Shown: positions 8,119-17,325 of the stretch, one piece after another
Position numbering within the stretch: position 1 is the first letter of the stretch
Layout of the letters: each line of letters starts with the position of its first letter
From: an uncultured delta proteobacterium
Lineage (GTDB): Bacteria > Myxococcota_A > Polyangia > Polyangiales > Polyangiaceae
NCBI GenBank assembly: GCA_963716725.1
Contig: CAVQUB010000002.1
Location: 418,601 to 482,600, forward strand
Direction: 5' to 3'
Length of the DNA stretch: 64,000 nucleotides
Position numbers and translations under genes: made by a program
Notes under the pieces: generated by a model
What the model was told of the DNA's origin: nothing
Databases searched by the model: none
Seen by the model: only the letters and a program-made list of their open reading frames with translations

Positions 8119-10862
8119 CGCCATCCCAACCGCCGCTTCATGGACGCAGCCGCCTGCGCCGCGATGTCGCGCACCTCTTGGGAGTTGGACCACTTATCGC
8201 CGGCTTTCTCCAACTCGGCGGCCACCTCCCGGCTCTCGCTGAGGCGGTCCAGCAAGTGGATTGCGATGATGCGCGTGTCGTCCACCGACTCCCGGGTGAG
8301 TATGCCAGCCTTCATCGCCAGGTCCTTGGCCAGGCTCTCGGCCCGCATCGGCGACAACTCCCAGAGGGTCTCGAGCGCGAGTTGCCGCTCGTCGTGAGGC
8401 AACCGGTGAAAGGCCGCATCGCTGATCAACTGCACTAAAGTCGGACCGGCCTCTTTGACTTTGTGCCGGGCCATCGTGCGCAGCACGGCCATCCTCACTC
8501 CCTGATCGCGGTCCGCCAGCAAGCGAGAGAGTTCGTCGCGGAGCCCCTCGGCGGAGGTCTTGGCGCGCAGCGCGACGGCTTCCACTCGCAACTCCGGGAA
8601 GACGTTGGACTCCGCGGCCTTGAGCGCTCGGCCGGCGGCCTCGGTGCCAAGCCGGCCGAGCAGGCCCAAGATCGCCTTGCCGCGGGTCAGATCGGCCTCG
8701 GCGAGCAGCGCACCGATCTGCTCTTCGCGCCCCACTGCGTGCAACTCGAGATAGCGAAGCAAGACATCTCGCACGGCGTCGACTTCGGCCCGCGCGAGCG
8801 CCTCGAGCACCGAATCAAAGGCATCGGCGCTCGCCGTGTCCAGCAACACGGCGAGCATCGGCGCACACCGCTCGACGGCTGCGCGCTCTCGCTCCGGCAC
8901 GGCCCGGGCCAGCTCCTTCAGCACTAGCCCCAGCGTATTTGCATCGAGCACCTGCGCAGCCAGCTCTGCCCGCGCGGCAGGCCCCGAGCGAGGCACGAGC
9001 TGGGCGAGGACTTCCAGGGTCCGGCGTAGCGCCACCTCCAGAGTCTGACCGGCGGCCGCTTCGTGCAGGCCGACCTGGAGCGGGACCGAGACCAGGGCCA
9101 AATTCCCGTGTGTGATGGCGTCGCCAGCGGCGTGGGCCAGCACCTTGACGTAGCGCGCCTCCCACTCCGTCTCGGGCATGTTCAGCGCGGCCGCGATCAT
9201 CGAGCGAGCTCGCTCGTCGAGGGCGGCCGCACCCGCCGAGCGCACGGCACGCAGCGCCACCTGGTGCGCGGCGATCATCGCCGCGCGCTCCTCGAGCGAC
9301 ATCGGCTCGGTTTCGAGTTCGTTGCCACCGCTCTGCTTGCGATTCGATGTCGCGACGACGTCTTTGCCTTTGTCCATCAGGTCGTCGTACTCGCGGTCGG
9401 CCTCGTCGGAAGAGCCCACCGTCAAGAACGAGCTCACGACCTGGTACTGGACGTGCTCGAGCTGCTTTTCCCAGAAGGCCGTGGCCAAGTCGTCCTCGGG
9501 TGAGAAGTCCCGCAGCGGGTCGCGTCGCATCAGGTCGAGCAGCGTCACGACTTCGTCCAGGGTGACCCCTGCCGTCACCGAGAACTCGCGGAAGCCGCTG
9601 GCGAAGAGGTTGTATGGGATCTCATCGAAGGGATGCAGCGGCTCCCAGAGCACCGCGCCCTTCAGCGTGAATGAATGAGGCTTCACGTCCCAGTGGAGGA
9701 CGGCGGGCTCCCGAGCGAGGTACGCGCCGATCACCTCGTGAATCGACTGCATGTGCCCCTGCACGACCTTGTGGTCCGAGGTGTACTGGCGCACGGCGTT
9801 CAAGCCCCGCTCGACACGCACGAAAATCTCCTGGATTTCCTTGACCGTCGCCTGCTCCTCCGGCGAAAGCTCGCGGTCGTCGCCAGCGGCCTCGCCGGAC
9901 GCCGCCAGCGCCGTCAGGAGCTGAGCCTTCCCCTGAGGTCGCTGTGGCTCCGGGACCGCGGCCGGCGATCCCCGGAGCACGTCGAGCACCGACGCAATGG
10001 CAGCGCGCATCTCTGCGGCATCCTGGAAGCGGTTCCTCGGATCCCATTGCAGCGCTCGGTCGATCAGCGCCACCACCTCGGGCGCGAGGTGGGGGGCGAT
10101 CTTCGCGACCGAGGACGCGGGTTGGGTGGCCGCAAGCACGAAGGCTTCCTGGTTCGAGCGCCCCTCGTGCAAGCGCTGGCCGGTGATGGTGGTGTGCAGC
10201 ACCGCGCCCACGGCGAAGATGTCGGTGCGTCCGTCGATCCGGTCGGTCGATCCCAGCGCCTGCTCCGGCGCCATGTAGGCGGGAGTGCCCAGCGCGGTTC
10301 CCGCCAGGGTCGGGTCCACGCCGGCCTCGCGCTTTCGAGCGACGCCGAAGTCGAGGACCTTCACCATGCCTTCGTGGGTGATGAAGATGTTCGCGGGCTT
10401 CAGGTCCCGATGGACGATGCCGAGGCCGTGGCAGGCAGAAAGGAAGTCCAGCACGCAGTCGGCGACCTCCAGCGCGTACTCGACGTCCAGAACGCGGTTC
10501 TGCTTCTTCCAGAGTTTGTCCAGGGTCGCGCCCTGCAGGAGCTCCATCACGAAGTAGGGGTCGTTGTCCTCGCTGACGCCCTCGTCGTAGACGTGCACTC
10601 GGCCCGGGTGCTCGACGGCCTGCGTCAAATGCGCTTCACGGACGAAGCGCTGCCGCACTCCCTCGTTGGTCGAATAGGCGCTGTGCAGTACTTTGACCGC
10701 GACCGGCGTGTCGCCCTCGTCTCGGCTGGAGTACACGGCCGCCATCCCGCCCATACCGATCAACCGCTCGATCGGCCAGCGTCCAGCCAGCGTGCTGCCG
10801 AGTCGCCGTTTGGCGAGGCTGATTTCGTCTTGCGCGGAAGGGTCTGCCACTGCGCTGCCCAC
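8115..10862 (-). CDS. Cytoplasmic Ser/Thr kinase fused to a central uncharacterised domain and C-terminal HEAT repeats
   Basis: IGMGGMAAVY, VAVK, HRDLKPAN, DFG, APE intact; no TM helix seen; C-terminal helical repeats (LLADRDQGVRMAVLRTMAR, PELRVEAVALR). Confidence 0.9.
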   Translation of the reverse strand: MGSAVADPSAQDEISLAKRRLGSTLAGRWPIERLIGMGGMAAVYSSRDEGDTPVAVKVLHSAYSTNEGVRQRFVREAHLTQAVEHPGRVHVYDEGVSEDNDPYFVMELLQGATLDKLWKKQNRVLDVEYALEVADCVLDFLSACHGLGIVHRDLKPANIFITHEGMVKVLDFGVARKREAGVDPTLAGTALGTPAYMAPEQALGSTDRIDGRTDIFAVGAVLHTTITGQRLHEGRSNQEAFVLAATQPASSVAKIAPHLAPEVVALIDRALQWDPRNRFQDAAEMRAAIASVLDVLRGSPAAVPEPQRPQGKAQLLTALAASGEAAGDDRELSPEEQATVKEIQEIFVRVERGLNAVRQYTSDHKVVQGHMQSIHEVIGAYLAREPAVLHWDVKPHSFTLKGAVLWEPLHPFDEIPYNLFASGFREFSVTAGVTLDEVVTLLDLMRRDPLRDFSPEDDLATAFWEKQLEHVQYQVVSSFLTVGSSDEADREYDDLMDKGKDVVATSNRKQSGGNELETEPMSLEERAAMIAAHQVALRAVRSAGAAALDERARSMIAAALNMPETEWEARYVKVLAHAAGDAITHGNLALVSVPLQVGLHEAAAGQTLEVALRRTLEVLAQLVPRSGPAARAELAAQVLDANTLGLVLKELARAVPERERAAVERCAPMLAVLLDTASADAFDSVLEALARAEVDAVRDVLLRYLELHAVGREEQIGALLAEADLTRGKAILGLLGRLGTEAAGRALKAAESNVFPELRVEAVALRAKTSAEGLRDELSRLLADRDQGVRMAVLRTMARHKVKEAGPTLVQLISDAAFHRLPHDERQLALETLWELSPMRAESLAKDLAMKAGILTRESVDDTRIIAIHLLDRLSESREVAAELEKAGDKWSNSQEVRDIAAQAAASMKRRLGWR

Positions 10863-10943
10863 CCAGCATCATAATGGAAACCCGCCGCCCGCGCCGACGC
10901 TTCTCAGGGAAAAAGCACGGCAATTTCCCGGTCGCTGGCCGCG

Positions 10944-13037
10944 TCAGCGCTTGTCGGCCAGAGCGGCCGGCGGCTTCTTCTCCAAGCTGAGCTCCGCCAG
11001 GCGATCCGCCAGCGCGATCTTGCCGGTCATCAGCTTGCTCTTCAGGTCCGTGACTTCGATGGTCGTCTTCTGAAGCCGCTCGCTGATCTCCTCCATCTTC
11101 TTTGCCAGGTGGCGGCTGAGTTTGTCCGCCGTCTGTACTCGCCGAAGCGTGACGAGTTGCAAGTGGATTTCGTCCACGCGCTCACGGTAGGTCGCCATCT
11201 GCGACTCCAGGTTCACGACGCGCTCACGGTTATCCACCAGGTCCTCGTGCAGACGAACCACCTCGTCGAGCTGCTTCTGGAGCTCAGGCTGGACGGTCTT
11301 GTGCTTGGTGAGGAAGAGCGCGAGGGTCTCGACCCCCGAGTCGGTGTTGATGTCGATGGTCTTCTCGAGCGGCTGACTCTCTTCGATCACCAGTTCGAGG
11401 GCGCCACGCGCCGGAACCGTCACCGGAAAGAGGTGAGCTCCCCGAAGTTTCTCCGCTTTGACCTTCGAGTCGCGGAGCTTCCAGCCTCGAGGCACTGCGT
11501 GGCGAACCCAAACCTTCGCCGCGGAGTCGCCCCGGTTGACCAGCGCGAGCTTGGTGCGCCGGACGGTCTGCGCCTCGGTCTTCACGATGCCACGTTGGAT
11601 GGTGACCAGCCGGTCAATCTCCTCCCGCGTATCCACCACCGGCTCGACCAAGAGCTGCCGATCGAGGGCGAAGGGAATGAATGCAGTGGTCTTCGGTGGG
11701 ATGGGCTCACTGAGTCCCTCGCCCAAGAACTCCCCTTGGGCGTAGACGGTGAACGGGCCGGATTCGAGGGTATGCGCGCTGGGGTTTTCGAGGCGCACGG
11801 CGCGAAACGCAAAGCGTTTGGAGCCCCGCGACGACACCGGGTCGTAGTAGTAGACCTGCTCACCGCGGGTCGTGACGCTCAGCATGTTGAGCAGCGCGGA
11901 GCGGTCCTTCTTGATGCTGAGGGGCGTCGGCGCGATGAACAGCGCGCTGCCAATGGGCTCGCTGGCGGCGCCGGCAGTGTTCCCGGTCTTCGCCTGTTCG
12001 GGCTTGGCTTTCTCCTGAGTGGCCACCAGTCGCACACCGTCCCGGTCCGAAGTCTTGCCGGTCGCGAAGACCTCGATCTGCGACTCTGGAACGCCATTGG
12101 CGACCAACGCTTCCTTCACGGCGTTGGCACGACCCAGCGACGCCTGCTTCTGATCACTCTCACCGGGCTTGGCGTAGCCCTCGACGCGAATGCGTTGCCC
12201 GCTCGATCGCAACCTCGTCGCGAGGCTCACGACTTTGCCGCCGCTGCCGGGGTCTGCGCCGCGGAAGTCCAACGCTCGCTTCATCTTCGCGGGCGAGGTG
12301 CCCTTCGCCGCCGATTTTCGCCCGGAGAGGTTCGCGGACTGGGGCACGACGGGCACTGCGCCGCGGTTCGCAAGCGCTTCGACCTCATCGAGCGCGAGGT
12401 TGCCGACAACGGCCACCTCCCCGCCGGCCACCGCATAGGGCGAACCGCCGGTGGGCGGGGCTAGCGCGACAGCCGGACCCTCGTTGAGCGTCTCGCGCTC
12501 GACGTAACGCACACTGTGCAGGTCGTATTTGAAGGACAATGCCGAGGTGCTGCCGACGCCGACCGTGACGCGTTCCCAGTCTTCCCCCGACACGTTGTCG
12601 ACCACGGCCCAGGCCTCGAGCTTGGCTCGCCCGTCCTTGGCGAGCTCCACGCGGTAGCTCGGCTTCCAGGCCGGGCTCTCGGTCACGTAGGTGATGGCGA
12701 TCTCTCGGGAGACGTCCTTGGGCAGCTCGATACCGAGCTCGACCATGTCGCCGTGCCGGACCAGGGTCGGGAACGAGATCGGCAGCGACTTTCCGCTCTT
12801 CACGTCACGGAGCCGCAAGGACTTCAAGAAATCGTCGACGCGCTCGGCCGGGACGTTCAGCACCAACTTGCCATCGACCACCGTCGCGTGACGCTCGAAG
12901 TACGCCACGCCGCTGCGGTAGATGATCACGCGCCCGAGCTCGGCGTCGGTCTTCACCGGACGCCCGGATAGGCTGGCTGAGCAGCCGACGCTCGTCATGG
13001 CCAGCAGCAACAGAGCAAAAGTTCGACTTCGAAGCAT
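10944..13037 (-). CDS. DUF4139/DUF4140-family lipoprotein with inserted OmpA-like domain and C-terminal coiled coil
   Basis: Lipobox MTSVGC; VIIYRSGVAYFER, VDDFLKSL, YVTESPAWKPSYR, WAVVDNVSGEDW; insert IRVEGYA...SLGRANAVKEALVANGVPESQIEV; heptad-rich tail. Confidence 0.8.
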   Translation of the reverse strand: MLRSRTFALLLLAMTSVGCSASLSGRPVKTDAELGRVIIYRSGVAYFERHATVVDGKLVLNVPAERVDDFLKSLRLRDVKSGKSLPISFPTLVRHGDMVELGIELPKDVSREIAITYVTESPAWKPSYRVELAKDGRAKLEAWAVVDNVSGEDWERVTVGVGSTSALSFKYDLHSVRYVERETLNEGPAVALAPPTGGSPYAVAGGEVAVVGNLALDEVEALANRGAVPVVPQSANLSGRKSAAKGTSPAKMKRALDFRGADPGSGGKVVSLATRLRSSGQRIRVEGYAKPGESDQKQASLGRANAVKEALVANGVPESQIEVFATGKTSDRDGVRLVATQEKAKPEQAKTGNTAGAASEPIGSALFIAPTPLSIKKDRSALLNMLSVTTRGEQVYYYDPVSSRGSKRFAFRAVRLENPSAHTLESGPFTVYAQGEFLGEGLSEPIPPKTTAFIPFALDRQLLVEPVVDTREEIDRLVTIQRGIVKTEAQTVRRTKLALVNRGDSAAKVWVRHAVPRGWKLRDSKVKAEKLRGAHLFPVTVPARGALELVIEESQPLEKTIDINTDSGVETLALFLTKHKTVQPELQKQLDEVVRLHEDLVDNRERVVNLESQMATYRERVDEIHLQLVTLRRVQTADKLSRHLAKKMEEISERLQKTTIEVTDLKSKLMTGKIALADRLAELSLEKKPPAALADKR

Positions 13038-13167
13038 GGAATTCTCCCTGGGCGCCGCTCACCCGCGGGGCACCGGCGTACGACACCGAAACAAAGTTCG
13101 GCGTTGGGTACGCGCGGGCTTCGGATTCGATCTTGCCGCCCCCGCCTTTCGGAGCCATGACCGCGTC

Positions 13168-13593
13168 ATGCAGTTCCTGCACGCGATGGTCCGCGTCCGG
13201 GACCTGGACCAGGCCCTCGACTTCTTCGTCGGGGCCCTCGGGCTCCGGGAGCTTCGGCGCAGAGACCACGAACAAGGTCGTTTCACCTTGGTCTTTCTGA
13301 GTTCCGGCGCGCCGGGGGACGCGGCCGAGATCGAGCTGACCCACAACTGGGACCAGACCGAGCCCTACTCGGGCGGTCGGAATTTCGGGCACCTCGCGTT
13401 CCGCGTGGACGACATCTTCGCGACCTGCGAGCGCCTCGAGGCGCTGGGCGTCGACATTTTGCGCCCACCGCGGGACGGACACATGGCCTTCGTGCGCTCG
13501 CCGGATCAAATCTCGGTTGAGCTGCTCCAGCGGGGCGAACCGCTCAGCCCCCGCGAGCCCTGGGCCTCGCGCCCCAACCAGGGCGAGTGGTGA
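13168..13593 (+). CDS. gloA: Lactoylglutathione lyase (glyoxalase I, VOC family)
   Basis: FLHAMVRVRDLD, FTLVFL, IELTHNWD, GRNFGHLAF, RPPRDGHMAFVRSPD..VELLQ. Confidence 0.92.
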   Translation: MQFLHAMVRVRDLDQALDFFVGALGLRELRRRDHEQGRFTLVFLSSGAPGDAAEIELTHNWDQTEPYSGGRNFGHLAFRVDDIFATCERLEALGVDILRPPRDGHMAFVRSPDQISVELLQRGEPLSPREPWASRPNQGEW

Positions 13594-13606
13594 GATTCGC
13601 GCTCCA

Positions 13607-14767
13607 GTGCCCACTGACGCCGCCGCCGCGCTGACGCCCGAGCCGCGCTACGCCTACCCGCTCGTCGATGCGCTGGTGAGGGCCGTCGCGGTCGCGCTCG
13701 AGGGATGGCGCGTGCTCGACTGGGACCTCGACCATGGCGTGTCGATGACCCTCCAGTCCTCCCATCGCCATTTGCTGATCGAGCTCTCGGCCCGCGACGA
13801 CGAGGTCGACTGCTTCGCTCGCACGACGCGCTTCAACCTGACCGCACGCGATCCCTTCTCGGAGCGCGATCCGCTCGACGCCGGCGCCCGCGCCGTGATC
13901 GACAAGGTCCTCGGCGCGCTGCTGCGGCACGAGCGGAGCCTACCCGAGGTTCCGCGGCAGGACGCCGGCAGCAGCCGCGCTAAGATCCGGCAGGTATCGG
14001 TCGAGCGTGCGCTCATCCGTGAAGGTCGCGGTCAGTACTACCTGAACCCCTACGTCGGCTGCACCATCGGCTGCAGCTTCTGCTTCGTCGAAGCGCAGGC
14101 CGACCTGTGTCGAGCCCTCGAGGGCCTCCCGCGCCTACCCTGGGGCCGCTGGGTCGATGTGAAGGCCAACCTAGTCGAGGTGCTGCGTCGCGAGGCAGCC
14201 TCGCTACCGCCGGGCATCGTCCGCATCAGCCCCATCGTCACCGACCCGTACCAGCCGCTCGAACGTCGGGAGCGGCTCACCCGACGCTGCCTCGAGGTCT
14301 TGCTCGAGCACGGCTTTTCCCCCTGCGTCCTGACGCGCGCCGCCCGCATGGCCGAGGATATCCCCCTGCTCTGCCAGTTCGAGCGGGCGTGGGTGGGCGT
14401 CTCGATCCCCACGGACGACGATCGAGTCCGCCACGCCTTCGAGCCCGGCGCAGACAGCCTCGACGCGCGGCTTTCGTGCCTCTCGGCATGCCGGGACGCA
14501 GGACTCGCCACCTTCGCCGTCGTTCAGCCGGTCTTGCCCATGAACCCCGCCGACCTGGTCCGCAAGTTGGCACCGCTGATCCGCGTGGTGCGGATCGATC
14601 GGCTGCATTGGGAGGAGCGCGTAAGACCCATCTACGAGCGCATGGGCTGGACGCACGCCCTCGACCCGAGTTGGATCGATGCCACGGAGCGCGAGCTCCG
14701 GGAAGGCTTCGCGCGGCACGGCGTCGAAATGCATCTTCTCGACGATCTCCGGGACATGTTCCGCTGA
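13607..14767 (+). CDS. Radical SAM protein, spore-photoproduct-lyase-like family, with N-terminal extension
   Basis: LNPYVGCTIGCSFC (CxxxCxxC), TDPYQPLERRERLTRRCLEVL, GVSIPTDD, FEPGA; GTG start approximate. Confidence 0.88.
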   Translation: MPTDAAAALTPEPRYAYPLVDALVRAVAVALEGWRVLDWDLDHGVSMTLQSSHRHLLIELSARDDEVDCFARTTRFNLTARDPFSERDPLDAGARAVIDKVLGALLRHERSLPEVPRQDAGSSRAKIRQVSVERALIREGRGQYYLNPYVGCTIGCSFCFVEAQADLCRALEGLPRLPWGRWVDVKANLVEVLRREAASLPPGIVRISPIVTDPYQPLERRERLTRRCLEVLLEHGFSPCVLTRAARMAEDIPLLCQFERAWVGVSIPTDDDRVRHAFEPGADSLDARLSCLSACRDAGLATFAVVQPVLPMNPADLVRKLAPLIRVVRIDRLHWEERVRPIYERMGWTHALDPSWIDATERELREGFARHGVEMHLLDDLRDMFR

Positions 14768-14773
14768 TGCGCC

Positions 14774-16507
14774 TCAGCGGCGCACGCAGCGCTCGTCGGG
14801 AACTCGCGCCAAGCGCGTGAATCCTCGCCCGCGCGCCACGGCTCCGACCGGACGGTACTCGATGCGTTTCTCGTCCCCCGCGCGCACCACGCCGAGAAGC
14901 ACCGGGACCGACGTCGAGCCCGCCAAGTACCGAGCCTTCACGATTCGGTCGCCGACGCGGAGCCCCGCGCGTTCAGCAGCGCTCGCGCCCACCACACGGC
15001 TCACGGTCGTCGGGAGCTCTGCGAGGTCGCCGACCACCGCGAAGCCGAGTTCATGACTCTCGAAACGTCGCGGGCCGGCCCCGAAACACGGACCGAGCGC
15101 GTCACCTGGGAGTTCCGTCAGCCTGCCGGCACCAATTTCATCGCTGAATGAGCCCGCGCCGGGCGACCCCAGCTCTCGCCCCAGGAGCGACACCCAGGCG
15201 CTCTCCGCCAGCGGTCCGCCGCTCCGGACTGCCTGCGAATAGAGCTCTCTGATCGCGCTGTCGAGGGAGCGCTTGCCGGCGCTCTGGTGGCGGATTCGCG
15301 CATCGACCCCGCTGGCATGCCGGGCGCCGCGTGCCACCAGGAGCGCCGCAACGGCAGGCTCCACCGCTCGCTTCGCCAGCGCGGCGTTGTCGAGCCGCGC
15401 ATCCGGCGAGGTCAACAGTAACCGCTCGATCTCGTCGACCTCGGCCAAGTACTCGGTCGGAGTCAGGAGCCCGAAGCGAAAACACAGCTCGCGCGCCAGG
15501 AACCGGGTCACTCCTTCGACGAACCACAGCGATTCGCCGCGTCGCTCCGCTCCTTCAGGCCCAACCCAAAGAACCGGGCCCATCCACTCGCGCAAGAGCT
15601 GGTGAGCGACCGCGACGCGCAGCGGTCCCCCGTAGGCCTGGCTCAGGCCGACGTTCACCACCGCGCTCCCGGTCTGGCGAAGCACGTCGAAGGAGCCGGC
15701 GGGTCGGCCGTCGGCGACCAGCAGCAATGTGAAGGGCGCGCTGCGGCGTTCGCCGAAGTACTCGCGCGCCGCGGTCCGAAAGCTCGCCACCTCGGCCGCC
15801 ACCGATCGGGGATCGAAGCTCGTGTAACCGAGCCACGCGACTTCGTCGTGACCCTCGGGACCGTCGAGCACCGCGTGTCCCATCTGGCCCGCCAGAAAGG
15901 TGGTGCGCCGAAGCGCAGCGATCGACAACTCGAGGGCTCGGTGCCGTCCCAGTCCGAGGCTCGACGCCACGCGCGTTCCCGGCCCGAGTTGCGTTGCGTC
16001 CACGTCCACCTGGATCGGTGTGGGGCGTTCGGTCCAAGCCAGCGGCAGCGCAAACAGGGCCTCGCCGCTCGCCGCGAAACGGTTCGGGTCCAACGAAACT
16101 CCCAGCCGATCGGCCGGCTGCGCGGCGGCGCGCTCGAATTTCAGCTCTACCGGCGGCGCTGGGCGGCGGGCGAGTGTGAAGATGACGCCGTCTCCGCGAG
16201 CCTTCTGCGCCACCGCAATCGGGCCGTGCATGTCGCTGGCCTGCACTGCGGACACGGAGTCCAGAGGCGCGCGCGCAAGGAAGAACTCCGCCAGATCGCT
16301 GGGAGAACCAGCCGCACGGAGCCTCACCGCGACCATCGGCCTCGGCGAGAGCTTCGGCGCGATGGATATCTCGAGGCGCGGCACGACGTCGACGGCGCTC
16401 GGCGGTGGAGCGGGCGCGGCGCGGGCGGTGGTGGTTGGAAATGCGGCCCGGCGCGACTCCGGCGGCGCACCGCCACATCCGGCGCTCAGGCTGAGCCCGA
16501 GCGCCAT
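14774..16507 (-). CDS. M61 aminopeptidase-like lipoprotein with PDZ domain, probably inactive
   Basis: Lipobox LSAGC; VAHQLLREWMG and WFVEGVTRF at the HExxH and EG.T.Y positions; PDZ-like SAAERAGLRVGDRIV. Start could be GTG 16534. Confidence 0.7.
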   Translation of the reverse strand: MALGLSLSAGCGGAPPESRRAAFPTTTARAAPAPPPSAVDVVPRLEISIAPKLSPRPMVAVRLRAAGSPSDLAEFFLARAPLDSVSAVQASDMHGPIAVAQKARGDGVIFTLARRPAPPVELKFERAAAQPADRLGVSLDPNRFAASGEALFALPLAWTERPTPIQVDVDATQLGPGTRVASSLGLGRHRALELSIAALRRTTFLAGQMGHAVLDGPEGHDEVAWLGYTSFDPRSVAAEVASFRTAAREYFGERRSAPFTLLLVADGRPAGSFDVLRQTGSAVVNVGLSQAYGGPLRVAVAHQLLREWMGPVLWVGPEGAERRGESLWFVEGVTRFLARELCFRFGLLTPTEYLAEVDEIERLLLTSPDARLDNAALAKRAVEPAVAALLVARGARHASGVDARIRHQSAGKRSLDSAIRELYSQAVRSGGPLAESAWVSLLGRELGSPGAGSFSDEIGAGRLTELPGDALGPCFGAGPRRFESHELGFAVVGDLAELPTTVSRVVGASAAERAGLRVGDRIVKARYLAGSTSVPVLLGVVRAGDEKRIEYRPVGAVARGRGFTRLARVPDERCVRR

Positions 16508-16523
16508 TGCGCCCAGGACGCTT

Positions 16524-17276
16524 CTAGCCGCCACCAATGCGCGCGAGCTCGGCGTCCGAGATATCGAAGTCCGCAAACACGCCCTGCACGTCGTCGTGCT
16601 CGTCGAGGGCATCCACGAGATTCAAGCACACCTCGGCATCGCGCCCGGCGACGTCCTTCTTGTTCTTCGGCACGTAGGCGATTTTGCTCTCACCCAGCGA
16701 CAAACCGGCCTTTTCGAGCGCGGCGACGACCTCGTAGAGCTGCTCCATGGGCGTGTAGACGACCCACAGGTCACCCTCGTCGCGGTAGTCGTCGGCCCCG
16801 GCCTCGACGGCCGCTTCCATCAGTTTGTCCTCGCTGACCAGGGCCTTCTCGAGCGCAATGGTGCCAAGTCGATCGAAGGCCCAGCCCGCCGTCCCGGAGC
16901 TGCCGAGCAACCCGTTGTTTCGTTCGAAAATCTTCCGGAGCTCCGCCACGGTGCGGTTGCGGTTGTCGGTCATGCCCTCGACCAAGAACAGCGTGCCGGA
17001 TGGCCCTGTGCCTTCGTACAGCACCTCGTCGTACGAAGCGCCTTCGATCTCACCCGTGCCCCGCCCGACCGCGCGTTTGATGGTGTCGGCGGGCATCGCC
17101 TGTCCCTTGGCGTCGTTCACGGCCTTGCGCAGGCGAGGGTTGGCGTTCACGTCTCCGCCGCCGATTCGGGCAGCGGTCACGATCTCGCGGATGACCTTGG
17201 TGAACATCCGGCCGCGCGCTGCGTCCAGCGCGCCCTTCTTGCGCTTGATCGTGGCCCACTTGGAATGACCGCTCAT
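16524..17276 (-). CDS. yebC: YebC/PmpR family protein
   Basis: MSGHSKWATIKRKKG, NPRLR, YEGTGP, TDNRNRT, DDVQ.V. Confidence 0.97.
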   Translation of the reverse strand: MSGHSKWATIKRKKGALDAARGRMFTKVIREIVTAARIGGGDVNANPRLRKAVNDAKGQAMPADTIKRAVGRGTGEIEGASYDEVLYEGTGPSGTLFLVEGMTDNRNRTVAELRKIFERNNGLLGSSGTAGWAFDRLGTIALEKALVSEDKLMEAAVEAGADDYRDEGDLWVVYTPMEQLYEVVAALEKAGLSLGESKIAYVPKNKKDVAGRDAEVCLNLVDALDEHDDVQGVFADFDISDAELARIGGG

Positions 17277-17325
17277 TCGTTGTTTCTCCGTCGGGGGCGT
17301 ATTCCTACCACGGGTCCGCCCGGCA

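Noticed and set aside
13607..14767. RiPP biosynthetic cluster around the radical SAM gene
   Set aside because: No SPASM Cys cluster, precursor peptide or dedicated transporter was seen.
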